Positions 28,248 to 38,185 of a stretch of 64,000 bases of DNA are shown one piece after another. This stretch comes from Candidatus Dojkabacteria bacterium (GTDB lineage: Bacteria; Patescibacteriota; Dojkabacteria; SC72). Made by a program: the position numbers and the translations under genes. The notes below the pieces were generated by a model. The model had not been told where the DNA came from, did not search any database, and was given only the letters and a program-made list of their open reading frames with translations. Within the stretch, counting starts at the first letter, position 1. Each line of letters begins with the position of its first letter. The stretch spans positions 251,685 through 315,684 of the forward strand of contig JACPFP010000003.1 of NCBI GenBank assembly GCA_016182915.1, written 5' to 3'.

Positions 28248-28688
28248 CTAGTCACTAACAATACTAAACTCTTTTGTGAGTTCATTAGCTCCCTCTAATG
28301 TAACAGTTAAAAGATACTTACCTAAAAGCCAACCGGTAGTAAGGTCTTTTTCAAGTTTAAGCTGTATAACTTCATCATTGAAAACATCCTTGTCAGCCTC
28401 CGCTATTACGCTTTTACTTCCACCCTGTATGAATTCCCATTTTACCTTTAGTACTGAGTTTGTAATATCTTTAGGTTGGATAGTTGCATAAATATCCCCG
28501 TTATCCTGCGATATTTTAGTGGTATCCTGTGCACATGCAGAGTTATACGAAACGAATTCACATACTCTTAAATCCTCTATCCTTGGTCCCTCAGACTTTC
28601 CCTCTTCCACCTTGTTTATCCATGTGTATCCTACATATGTTAGGCCGAGAAGAAGAATGATAACGATTGTGGTTAGAAATTTTCCCAT
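28248..28688 (-). CDS. hypothetical membrane-anchored exported protein
   Basis: 146 aa with an N-terminal TM helix FLTTIVIILLLGLTYVGYTWI. Confidence 0.45.
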   Translation of the reverse strand: MGKFLTTIVIILLLGLTYVGYTWINKVEEGKSEGPRIEDLRVCEFVSYNSACAQDTTKISQDNGDIYATIQPKDITNSVLKVKWEFIQGGSKSVIAEADKDVFNDEVIQLKLEKDLTTGWLLGKYLLTVTLEGANELTKEFSIVSD

Positions 28689-28794
28689 GCTGTTTCTCTA
28701 TAAGTTAGTACTTCATTATACACAGGAATTGAGTTCAGATAAATTTCATTTCTGTTTGAGAGAATATATATAACTAAATTATTAGACATACCTT

Positions 28795-30666
28795 ATGAAA
28801 AACCTCCTTGTACCGATTTTCATATCACTTTTCTTTCTACATTCCTCGCTAAATGTATTTGCGGGAGAGAAAGAGATTAAGATACCAATTAGAGAGGATG
28901 CATATGTAGAAAGTATATTCTTTGATGAATCCTTTGGAATGCTTAAGCAACTACTACTTGGCTTTAACAACAGTTCAAGAGAAGGTATAACAAGAATATA
29001 CGTCAAATATGATACAAGAGAACTAGGGAATGTTTTTGTTGATAACATAAAGAGTGCCAGTTTGAAATTGTATCAGTATAAAGTGAATAGTACTTTCGAT
29101 TATCCAATTAGAGTTGCATACCACTTTGAGCCGTGGAGTGAAAATACCATAATGATGATGAACACATTGATTAACCCAACACGACAGGAAACAACTTCCG
29201 TTATCCCAGCAACCGTAGGTTGGACTTCAGTAAATATAACCGAGAAGTTTTTGGAGCATATGCTTAATCCAGAAAGTAACCGTGGAGTGGCCCTTCTCAT
29301 GAAGAATGAGGAAGAGAAAGGAGGGGTATTCTGGTCAAAGGATTGCGTTACTCTTCCCGCCTCATGTAACCCTGAATATATCCCCTACGTTAGTGTTATT
29401 GTAAAAACTGTAGATGAAGTTCCAGCGGAAGAGAATGAAGAAAAGGATGAAGAGAAAGATGAAGACATTGAAAGCAAAACGGATTCTGATATTGAAAAGC
29501 TCACTGAATCAATTGATAGTTCCACAGATAGAATTGTTGAAGCAATATCTGATATAGAAGAGACTCCTGAAACAACCCCAAGTATAGTTAAGGAAGAAAG
29601 CAATATTACAGAAGATAATGTAGTAGATACAACAAGAACGACATCAGGAGTACTGGGAGTTAGGAGTCATCAAGGGTGTAAATATATTTGGAACGCGACT
29701 ACCGATGTAGTTAGAAAATTCGTATGCACATTGGATACTCCAGTTATTAAATCTACCAAAATTGAGTACAGGAAGAACACCGGTACCTACATTACAACAA
29801 ATATAACTCTCCCCAAAAGTTTAGAGGTTACACTAGAGAAAAGAGAATGTTCTAAGGCTTCCATAACAAATCCCATTACACTCTTTAAATGTGTAGAGAA
29901 ACAAATTTCAACAAGGAACATAACAGATTCCTCACCTTATATCGACATATATTTAAATATAGATGGGAAATGGTATCCAACCTTTAAAAAGGAAACTTCA
30001 ACCGGCTATACAACCTCTCTCAACCTATCGTTTAAGCCTAAAAGCGAGCTGATACAGGCAAAATACCTACTAAGCAGTTCTACAAAACTTAAAGAGAGGG
30101 TATGGTTAGATATATTCGAAATGTCCCCGCACTCTGTACAGAGTAGTTTTAAAATAATTGAGCAAGCCTCTCCAACATATGTATTTCCACTAAAGACCCT
30201 TTCCAATGTAACTCAGTGGCATGGGAAAACGGCATACAGCAACCATACAGGAATAGATTTTGAAGCAGGAAGAGTTCCCGTGTTAGCAACCTCAGATGGA
30301 ACAGTAGATTACATTGGCTGGGATAATTCCTCCGGAAAGTGCCTCTCTGGAGGGAACTATATTAAACTAAAACATAGTGATGGGAAATACTCCACCTATC
30401 TTCATCTCAACAGCTTCACAAAAGGGCTAAAGAAAGGAAGTCCCGTTAAAAAGGGAACAGTCATTGGCATATCCGGAAACTCTGGAATGTATAACTGTGA
30501 ACCCCTTACAAATCATCTTCATTTTGAGGTTAGAAAATCCCCTCCTCTCTCATCTCACATAAATCCTGTACCTCTAATTAACATTGACTGGGCAAAGGTA
30601 AAGACGGCTAGAGCAAACATATATCCTGTTAGGCTCACGGGGGATAATCCTCATCCAAAGTATTAA
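28795..30666 (+). CDS. secreted M23/LytM-family metallopeptidase with a large N-terminal domain of unknown function
   Basis: 623 aa. A signal peptide is present. The C-terminal M23 domain reads HTGIDFEAGRVPVLATSDGTV...YSTYLHLNS...GISGNSG...HLHFEV, with the H.H zinc ligands present. Confidence 0.8.
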   Translation: MKNLLVPIFISLFFLHSSLNVFAGEKEIKIPIREDAYVESIFFDESFGMLKQLLLGFNNSSREGITRIYVKYDTRELGNVFVDNIKSASLKLYQYKVNSTFDYPIRVAYHFEPWSENTIMMMNTLINPTRQETTSVIPATVGWTSVNITEKFLEHMLNPESNRGVALLMKNEEEKGGVFWSKDCVTLPASCNPEYIPYVSVIVKTVDEVPAEENEEKDEEKDEDIESKTDSDIEKLTESIDSSTDRIVEAISDIEETPETTPSIVKEESNITEDNVVDTTRTTSGVLGVRSHQGCKYIWNATTDVVRKFVCTLDTPVIKSTKIEYRKNTGTYITTNITLPKSLEVTLEKRECSKASITNPITLFKCVEKQISTRNITDSSPYIDIYLNIDGKWYPTFKKETSTGYTTSLNLSFKPKSELIQAKYLLSSSTKLKERVWLDIFEMSPHSVQSSFKIIEQASPTYVFPLKTLSNVTQWHGKTAYSNHTGIDFEAGRVPVLATSDGTVDYIGWDNSSGKCLSGGNYIKLKHSDGKYSTYLHLNSFTKGLKKGSPVKKGTVIGISGNSGMYNCEPLTNHLHFEVRKSPPLSSHINPVPLINIDWAKVKTARANIYPVRLTGDNPHPKY

Positions 30667-30672
30667 ATTTAA

Positions 30673-31380
30673 ATGAATAGAACTATGTTTAGAATAATTT
30701 TGATAGTGTCCCTAATTGCATCGTTTGTAATCTGGCTAAATATGCCCAGAAGAGATAAAGAGGAAAAGGTGAGGTATTCAAATATAGTAGTTTCAAAAGA
30801 TGGTGACATCGATGAGGTCTCCTGGATTAGTAACGAGAAGTTACAGTATAGATCAGGTGAACAAATAGTGAGATATAACATAAAAGAGAGGGAGAGCGAA
30901 GAGATATATAAAAACAGTAGTGAAAATACACAACTAATTATGAATCAGAAGAATCCTGATCTCTTCTGCACATGGGAAAACCACATCAAGAAAGAGGTAT
31001 CGGATATTGGAACAACTATAAAAATAGTTCACTCAAAAGAAGGGGCTAGAAAAGAGTTTAGGATTAAAGAAACTGTTAAGATTGAGGTCTGTGACAATGA
31101 AAAAGTATATCTATCAGAGGCTTTTCCATTCATGCAGTCTCAAAGTTACATATTAGATATCAATTCTGGTATGGTTAAGAAAGGTGATAACTCCGACAAA
31201 AATGATGAGTATAGTTTAGTGAGGAAATCGGGATGGTGTGAGGTATTTGATGGTCAGAGAAAGAGAATACTTGGCTTTAAGTGTATCGGTAATATAACTA
31301 TGTTCAAACTTTCAGCAAATAAACAATCAATTGCATATATAGATGAAAATGGAAACCTCTGGGTTTACGGACCTAACTGA
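30673..31380 (+). CDS. hypothetical membrane-anchored protein
   Basis: 235 aa with an N-terminal TM helix. It lies 6 nt after the M23 peptidase gene. Confidence 0.45.
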   Translation: MNRTMFRIILIVSLIASFVIWLNMPRRDKEEKVRYSNIVVSKDGDIDEVSWISNEKLQYRSGEQIVRYNIKERESEEIYKNSSENTQLIMNQKNPDLFCTWENHIKKEVSDIGTTIKIVHSKEGARKEFRIKETVKIEVCDNEKVYLSEAFPFMQSQSYILDINSGMVKKGDNSDKNDEYSLVRKSGWCEVFDGQRKRILGFKCIGNITMFKLSANKQSIAYIDENGNLWVYGPN

Positions 31381-31831
31381 TTATTGAGATGAGGGTTAGA
31401 GACATCCCGATAGTTATAACAACCTTCATAAGAATACTGCCCAATAATCCGACCACAGTACCGAGTCCTGCCTTAAAAGCAATATCTGAGGGTTTCTTGG
31501 CTATGAGGTATTCAAAAAGAAATGCTCCAAAGAAAGGTCCTAATATTCCCCCTGCTAGGTTACCTATTAAAATTCCTACAATTAATCCAACCACCGCACC
31601 AATCATCCCCCATTTCCCACCTCCGAACTTCTTTGCCCCAAGGATAACCAAGAGGTTGTCAACAATAGAAGCAAATACAGCAAGGAAAATAAATATTGCA
31701 TAGGTACTTGGTTTAATATCAAAACTACTTGAAGCAAAGAGAGTTGCAATGAATATAATCCAAGGGCCTGGAAGGTTTAGGAAAGAGATTAAGATTCCAA
31801 ATATAATCAAAGCATATATTAGTATCTCCAT
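31373..31831 (-). CDS. small polytopic membrane protein (DUF456-like)
   Basis: 152 aa with 4 predicted TM helices and Gly-rich GGILGPFFGAFLFEY. Confidence 0.5.
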   Translation of the reverse strand: MEILIYALIIFGILISFLNLPGPWIIFIATLFASSSFDIKPSTYAIFIFLAVFASIVDNLLVILGAKKFGGGKWGMIGAVVGLIVGILIGNLAGGILGPFFGAFLFEYLIAKKPSDIAFKAGLGTVVGLLGSILMKVVITIGMSLTLISIIS

Positions 31832-31840
31832 TTGTAGTAT

Positions 31841-33046
31841 CTAATTATTTAATGATTTAGATAGTACATTATACGTCTCTTCGGCTGCTTTTTCCCAACT
31901 GTAGCTTGAAGCTATAACTTTTCCCTTTTCGGAGAGGCTTTCCGCATATTTCCTATCTTCAATTATCTTCTCAATCGCCTGTACTACAGAATCTATGTTA
32001 CCTGCATCTACAACATGTGCACCATCCTTTACAACCTCAGGATAACAGGAGGCATTACTTGCAATTGTAGGGGCTCCCGCTTTCATCCCTTCAAGGAGTG
32101 CAATTCCAAAGCCTTCGTAGGCAGAAAGGTTGATTGTTAGAAGGCTATTTTTTAGTAGTGAATACCTATCGTCATCTTCATAACGCCCAGGGAAATGAAC
32201 AAGGCCTTCAATGCCAAGACTATTTATTTTTCGATGAAGGTTTCTAACATCCTTTATAGATCTATCCTGAAAGTTTTTCCCTGCGATTACAAGGTATGGT
32301 GGGACTTTATTCTTACCCTTGCAAACCTCCACGTACTTTGCGTATGCATCTATAATTCCTCCCGTATTCTTATTCTTTGTATATCCTCCACCTAGATTAA
32401 TAATGTAGCCTTTTTCACGCCAATCTTGAGGGAGAAGGCGGTTTACATCCTTCTCCACCAGCTCGATATCAAGTCCAAGATAAATGGGGAACATCTTCTC
32501 CCTAGGATATTTGGGAAGGTAGTGGAGATATTCATCAATTGTAAACTGAGCATCGGTTATAATGGCCTTCGCTTTTAAAGTTTTAAACATCTCAATCCAG
32601 TATGTAACTCCTCTAGCGATATTATGTAGAAAAGAGATCTGTGAATATATATTGAATCGTGGGAAGGCAAGGTCGTGTATAGTCACAACAAATGGGATTG
32701 AGGAAGGAATGCCACCCCAGAAAAATGGTGAGAAAAAGAGGTCTCCCTCTTTATATACCCTCTTCAAGGTTTTCAGCATATCAATACCGGGAAGCAGCTG
32801 ATTTAAGTACCAGATGGGATTAAAGAGGTTTTTCTTTTTAAAACCACCGATTCTAACTACCTCAAGATTTTCAAGATTACTACTGAGCAATCCTTCTATT
32901 TCCGAAGGGTTGTCGTACATAAGGAGTATGAATTTTGTATCTGAAAACTGTGTTACAAGGTTACTTACAATATTTCTAGTATAGAAACCAATACCGTTGG
33001 ATCTCCATTCGTTCTGCGTAGTTGTTGCATCAATTAAAACTCTCAT
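31841..33046 (-). CDS. glycosyltransferase family 4
   Basis: 401 aa. The segment EGFGIALLEGMKAGAPTIASNAS is present. Confidence 0.8.
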   Translation of the reverse strand: MRVLIDATTTQNEWRSNGIGFYTRNIVSNLVTQFSDTKFILLMYDNPSEIEGLLSSNLENLEVVRIGGFKKKNLFNPIWYLNQLLPGIDMLKTLKRVYKEGDLFFSPFFWGGIPSSIPFVVTIHDLAFPRFNIYSQISFLHNIARGVTYWIEMFKTLKAKAIITDAQFTIDEYLHYLPKYPREKMFPIYLGLDIELVEKDVNRLLPQDWREKGYIINLGGGYTKNKNTGGIIDAYAKYVEVCKGKNKVPPYLVIAGKNFQDRSIKDVRNLHRKINSLGIEGLVHFPGRYEDDDRYSLLKNSLLTINLSAYEGFGIALLEGMKAGAPTIASNASCYPEVVKDGAHVVDAGNIDSVVQAIEKIIEDRKYAESLSEKGKVIASSYSWEKAAEETYNVLSKSLNN

Positions 33047-33049
33047 ATT

Positions 33050-34072
33050 TTATGAATTGAGTTTAATATCGTGCTCTACCATGATTTTAACAAGTTGATC
33101 TAACTTTGTCTTTGGTTCCCAACCTAAAACCTTCTTCGCTTTAGAAGCATCTCCAGTTAAAATATCTACCTCTGCGGGTCTAAAGTATGAAGGGTCTACA
33201 ACCACTAGAAGTTCACCTGTCTTTGAATCATATCCCTTCTCCTCTACTCCCTTTCCTTCCCATCGTACTTCCACATTTATTGCATTAAATGAATAGTTTG
33301 TGAAATCCCTTATGGAGTGTGTTTCCCCAGTTGCAAGAACGAAAGTATCAGGTGTCTCATGTTGCATCATCATATACATTCCTTCTACATAATCTTTTGC
33401 ATATCCCCAATCTCTGCTGCTATCAAGATTACCAATTCGTAATTCCGCCTTGTTTCCTAAGGAGTACTTTGCTACATGGTCTGTAATCTTTCTAGTTACA
33501 AACTCTTTCCCTCTAAGCTCGGATTCGTGATTGAAGAGGATACCGCAGGTAGCAAATATATCGTAGCTTTCACGATAGTTGATCATCATCCAATGGGCAT
33601 ACTGTTTCGCAACGCCGTATGGGCTTCTTGGGTACAAGGGAGTTTTCTCTGTTTGTGGTGTCTCCTGAACCTTTCCGTATAGTTCTGAAGTTGAAGCCTG
33701 ATATATCTTTGTTTTAGGAAGGAAGGTTTTTACAATATCAAGGATATATGCAACCCCGATTCCATCAATCATGCTTGTAGAGATTGGTTGTTTAAAGCTA
33801 GCTGCAACGAAGCTTTGGGCTGCAAGGTTGTATATCTCATCTGGTTGGATTGAAGTGATGACATCGTGAATATTGCTGTAATCGAGAAGGTCAAAGTCTA
33901 CAATCTTTACCTTATCTTCGATTCCGAGATATTTAAGTCCATACATATTTCGATTACTGTTTCTTCTTGAGGCTCCGTATACTTCATAACCTTTATCGAT
34001 TAGAAGTTTGGAGAGCCAGGCTCCGTCTTGTCCTGTAATTCCTGTAACAAGTGCTTTTTTATTTTGAGACAT
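33050..34072 (-). CDS. gmd: GDP-mannose 4,6-dehydratase
   Basis: 340 aa. The N-terminus ALVTGITGQDGAWLSKLLIDKGYEVYG and the catalytic region SPYGVAKQY (YxxxK) follow the Gmd pattern. Confidence 0.85.
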   Translation of the reverse strand: MSQNKKALVTGITGQDGAWLSKLLIDKGYEVYGASRRNSNRNMYGLKYLGIEDKVKIVDFDLLDYSNIHDVITSIQPDEIYNLAAQSFVAASFKQPISTSMIDGIGVAYILDIVKTFLPKTKIYQASTSELYGKVQETPQTEKTPLYPRSPYGVAKQYAHWMMINYRESYDIFATCGILFNHESELRGKEFVTRKITDHVAKYSLGNKAELRIGNLDSSRDWGYAKDYVEGMYMMMQHETPDTFVLATGETHSIRDFTNYSFNAINVEVRWEGKGVEEKGYDSKTGELLVVVDPSYFRPAEVDILTGDASKAKKVLGWEPKTKLDQLVKIMVEHDIKLNS

Positions 34073-34146
34073 GAAGGGTAATGCTAAAATTAAGATATTC
34101 TCTATTAAATTGTGCTAAATGATATCTTCAAGTATAATTTTTTGCA

Positions 34147-35382
34147 ATGGAAATACGAGGGAATATTAAAAATATCATATACATGTTTGGGGGAGAAGTT
34201 CTTATTAAGGCCGTATTTTTTATCGCGAATGCAATTTTAGCCAGATTCTTAGGGGTTTCCACTTATGGGGAGTTTTCAAATATTTTCTCGATAACCGCGA
34301 CAATTTCATTTCTTGCGGATTTTGGATCTTCAACAGTTGTAACAAGAGATATCGCATCCGGGAAAAGATCCCCGGAAGAAGTACTTAAAGTATACACAAA
34401 AGCAAAACTGGAGATCTCCTTACTCGTTCTCTTCTTGTTCGCAATAATTGGTTTCTCTTTTGATAGAAGCAACATGCACCTATACCTCCTTCTGGGAATC
34501 TACAATATAATTCAGAATGGAGTATTACTTTTCTATTATGCAATACTTAGAGGTAAAAAGGCCTTTAAAGAAGAGTCTCTGAGCAAGCTGATTAATCTAT
34601 CGGGAATGATAGTTGGATTTGGCATATTCATATTTTTTCAAAACATGGTTGCGGCATCCCTTATGTACTTACTTTCAGCTCTTTTCCCATTATTCTACCT
34701 ATACAAGTATCTTAACAAAAAGTACTCATTAAAATTTGAAGACCTTTGGAACAAGGTTCAATCGATTAGAAGTTTTCACTTACATTGGAAGATAGGCGTA
34801 GGCAATTTCTTTGAAGGCTTAACCCAGATCATTCCAATAATAGCAATAAACTATTTAAGTGGAGCTTACTCGTTGGGTCTCTTCTCAGCAGCATATAGAC
34901 TAATTACTCCTTTTCTGCTTTTAAATACAATTGCAAATTATTTCTTAATGCCATATATAGCAGAAAACTACGGTAAGATCTCACTCTCCAAAAAGAAAAT
35001 ACTCGCAGGTATCCTCCTCATAGTTTCTTATATAGGAATCTCGTACCTAGTTTCAGAACCTTTAATCAAAGTCATATACGGCCTTGATTATATTGGAGCA
35101 TTGCACTTGTTTAGAATTCTAATCCTGCTACCGATATTTGATATCTTTGCTCTTGTACAAATGACACAATTAGCATCAAGAGAAAGAGAGAAAACTTATC
35201 TTTTTAGTTCAATCGCAAATGTATTTATAACGGTTTTAATGATATTTATTGCTATCTCACTTATAGAGGAGACTGCCCTTGCGGTAACAATAGCCGTAGT
35301 GGCGAATAGATTTATAGCGATTTTACTACGCATTATTCTAAATAAGATTTATGATAATAAATATGAAAAAAATAATCTTTGA
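34147..35382 (+). CDS. polysaccharide biosynthesis protein / oligosaccharide flippase (Wzx-like, MOP superfamily)
   Basis: 411 aa with ~12 TM helices, divergent from gmd. Confidence 0.65.
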   Translation: MEIRGNIKNIIYMFGGEVLIKAVFFIANAILARFLGVSTYGEFSNIFSITATISFLADFGSSTVVTRDIASGKRSPEEVLKVYTKAKLEISLLVLFLFAIIGFSFDRSNMHLYLLLGIYNIIQNGVLLFYYAILRGKKAFKEESLSKLINLSGMIVGFGIFIFFQNMVAASLMYLLSALFPLFYLYKYLNKKYSLKFEDLWNKVQSIRSFHLHWKIGVGNFFEGLTQIIPIIAINYLSGAYSLGLFSAAYRLITPFLLLNTIANYFLMPYIAENYGKISLSKKKILAGILLIVSYIGISYLVSEPLIKVIYGLDYIGALHLFRILILLPIFDIFALVQMTQLASREREKTYLFSSIANVFITVLMIFIAISLIEETALAVTIAVVANRFIAILLRIILNKIYDNKYEKNNL

Positions 35383-36577
35383 CCTAACAGAGGCCCAGCC
35401 ATATAAAAAAGTGAAATACCATGGTGGAGGAAACTACGCAAAAGAGTTTTTTGTAAAAATGGCGGAAGAGATAAAGGATACTCCAATCATAGTTGTCTTT
35501 TATAAGGAGATACCCTTTCAAGATTGGGTCTCTAAGTATTTCACAGGTAAGAATGTTGAGACGAGGCCTCTGAATAGTCTTAAAGATTATAAAGATATTA
35601 TCAGCCAATACGATAAACCTGAAAACGAATTCGTTTTCCCATTAGAAGCAATTGCATATAAGTTAATGAGACTAGGGTTAACAATTAAGAAAGCTAAGGT
35701 AACAATAACAATACATGGGTTACGAACGATTGAACTCCCCAATGATAAATACGAATACCTGTATGAATATCCAAATTTCCCCAGAGTTATACTTAGATAT
35801 ATAAAAAGTGTCCTTCCAAATAAACTTCTTACACTGAAAACTAAACAATTTTATGAGACCATTCTAAGGTTCCTTAAGATGGGAGATCAGATATTGACCG
35901 ACTCAGAGTACTCAAAAACTTCAATCCTATTGAACTTTCCTTCGTTAGTAGTACCTGAACAAATTCAGATTGTTTATCCACCTATTAGGGTGATAAAGAA
36001 TCCTAAAGTATCGCCTGAAATCGAAAGACTCGTTAAAAGGAATCCTAAATATATGCTTTTCATAAGCGGAAACAGATATGAAAAAAACCTTGTCAGGGTA
36101 CTTGAATCCCTGGAGCTGTTCAACCTATTCAAATATCATTTTTCTGATGTGAAATTAGTCGTAACGGGAGTGAATACTGGATTACAGAAACTACTAAACT
36201 CCAGGTATAAGAATTTAAAATCAAATATTATACTTCTAGACTACCCTTCTTTGGAGGACTTAAATTTCCTATTTGCAAAAGCAACCTTATTTTTATATCC
36301 CTCACTTAACGAAGGATTTGGTCTTCCACCTCTTGAAGCCATGTCCCATGGGATACCTGTGATAGCTTCCGCTACAACTTCAATTCCAGAAGTAACACAA
36401 GGTGCCACCCTTTATATAAATCCATACAGTGGCGACGACATATCAAATGCAATATATCGCGGACTTACAGATGGTGAACTTAGAAAGAGATTAATAAAAG
36501 CTAGTCACGAGGTATTAAGAGATATTAATATAGAAACTGAGACACAGTGGAGTTACCTACTTAAAAGGATTAGATAG
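35351..36577 (+). CDS. glycosyltransferase family 4; start probably at MKKIIFDL (35363)
   Basis: The segment NEGFGLPPLEAMSHGIPVIASATTSIPEV is present. Confidence 0.75.
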   Translation: MIINMKKIIFDLTEAQPYKKVKYHGGGNYAKEFFVKMAEEIKDTPIIVVFYKEIPFQDWVSKYFTGKNVETRPLNSLKDYKDIISQYDKPENEFVFPLEAIAYKLMRLGLTIKKAKVTITIHGLRTIELPNDKYEYLYEYPNFPRVILRYIKSVLPNKLLTLKTKQFYETILRFLKMGDQILTDSEYSKTSILLNFPSLVVPEQIQIVYPPIRVIKNPKVSPEIERLVKRNPKYMLFISGNRYEKNLVRVLESLELFNLFKYHFSDVKLVVTGVNTGLQKLLNSRYKNLKSNIILLDYPSLEDLNFLFAKATLFLYPSLNEGFGLPPLEAMSHGIPVIASATTSIPEVTQGATLYINPYSGDDISNAIYRGLTDGELRKRLIKASHEVLRDINIETETQWSYLLKRIR

Positions 36578-37298
36578 AGGTTGAAGTTGATTTTACAATC
36601 ACAACTCCATTGCTAGTAAAGGTATCCCTGTCAAATTTGAAATCTTTCATTTCCTGTACCCTCACTTCTTTCCAGTTATTTGTCGATGGAACTTTGGCTA
36701 AGCATATAACATTTTCAAACAAATTTTCATTGAATAACATATTATCGAGCTCTGGATTATACCCAACAGGGAAAGAAAACATAATAATACCTTTAGGAGA
36801 TAACATTGATTGCATATGTAGAAGTGCTTTTCTAACTTTACCAGCCTCTACAATAGCTTCATCAAGGCCAACATGTTCTAAAGTTGAGATACTGAAGATA
36901 GTGTCATATTTTTTACCAGGAGAGTAATCAATAATATCTTCGTTAACAACATTAGTTCCATGTTCATACTTATCTAGAATTTCATATTCGTTCCTGTAAT
37001 AGTGGGAGTATACATTCCCCACTTCCAAAATATTCCCTTTTCTTGCATTTAAAAATGCTTTAAAGATTGGAAGCTCAACAGTTCTTTCGTTCAACCATGT
37101 GTAATTATATCTATGAACAAAGTAGTTATATATGTCACCACCTACAACGAACTTAGTAGAGGATTTGAAAAGAGAGTTAAAAAGATACACTAGGTAGCTT
37201 CTATTAAAAACATTTAATAGAGAGCCCAATACCTTACCCGTTTTCTTTCCCAAGAGGTCAGATACAATCTTCGATACAGGATTTTTACGCTCGTACAA
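36570..37298 (-). CDS. putative SAM-dependent methyltransferase-like protein
   Basis: 242 aa with GNILEVG and IFSISTLEHV, which resemble the class-I methyltransferase motifs I and II. The match is weak. Confidence 0.45.
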   Translation of the reverse strand: MYERKNPVSKIVSDLLGKKTGKVLGSLLNVFNRSYLVYLFNSLFKSSTKFVVGGDIYNYFVHRYNYTWLNERTVELPIFKAFLNARKGNILEVGNVYSHYYRNEYEILDKYEHGTNVVNEDIIDYSPGKKYDTIFSISTLEHVGLDEAIVEAGKVRKALLHMQSMLSPKGIIMFSFPVGYNPELDNMLFNENLFENVICLAKVPSTNNWKEVRVQEMKDFKFDRDTFTSNGVVIVKSTSTSI

Positions 37299-37465
37299 CT
37301 TGTGATATATGGTCGTAGGGAATCAAATTTAGTTATTTTCAAGTTTTTTAAACTCTGCTCAATATTACAGATAAATTAATTCAAATTCAATACAAGGCTG
37401 TTATTGCATTATCTGTTAGTTCATGTTCAAATAGGTATTGCAATTAATTATAAGCAACCAAGTAT

Positions 37466-38185
37466 ATGTCATATCTCAATAGCCATTATCGATATATTCT
37501 GTCTAAGCGGAAACCGAACTCCCATGAGAATAGAATGTACTACAAGATTCTATCACCATATATAAGCAAAGACTCCAGCATATGTGATATCGCCTGCTCT
37601 AATGGTGATTTTTTAAGATTTCTGAAGGATAACGGGCATGAGAAGCTACAAGGGATTGACATGGATAAAGATTCGATAATTGAGGCTAGAAAAAACAATC
37701 CAGACATCTATTTTGAAGTTACATCTCTGAACCAATTTATAGATAAAGGGTTGAGAAAGGGTGAAAGATACCATCTACTAACATTTCTAAGTATTGTGGA
37801 ACATTTACCTCAATCAGATGCCCGAAGACTAATTGAAAGTCTTCCAAAGCTCCTCCACAAGGATGGCATAGCCTTTATAAAAATACCTAACGCAGGAACC
37901 ATATATAATAATCACTGGTTGTTTGATGACATAACCCACAGAGGATATTACACAGTAAGAAGTATATCTCAACTAATCCGCGAGACTGGAATAGACGACC
38001 AACATTTCGAAGTGTTAAATGATAAGGGATTGACCAATGGCCTAGTTAGAAAATGGAGATTACCTTTTATCTGGTCAGCCCAGCTTCTTGATTTCATATT
38101 CCTTGGTAAATCGATAAACATTAGCTACCAGTACCCAGGTTTGTTGGTAATAATAAAACCAAATAAACCTATTTCGGAGAAATAA
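37466..38185 (+). CDS. class I SAM-dependent methyltransferase
   Basis: 239 aa with ICDIACSNGDFL (motif I) and LLTFLSIVEHL. Confidence 0.6.
   Translation: MSYLNSHYRYILSKRKPNSHENRMYYKILSPYISKDSSICDIACSNGDFLRFLKDNGHEKLQGIDMDKDSIIEARKNNPDIYFEVTSLNQFIDKGLRKGERYHLLTFLSIVEHLPQSDARRLIESLPKLLHKDGIAFIKIPNAGTIYNNHWLFDDITHRGYYTVRSISQLIRETGIDDQHFEVLNDKGLTNGLVRKWRLPFIWSAQLLDFIFLGKSINISYQYPGLLVIIKPNKPISEK

Noticed and set aside
28782-29048. ORF 28782..29048(-) and the other minus ORFs inside 28795..30666
   Set aside because: They are antisense to the M23 peptidase gene, which has a signal peptide and a complete catalytic motif set.
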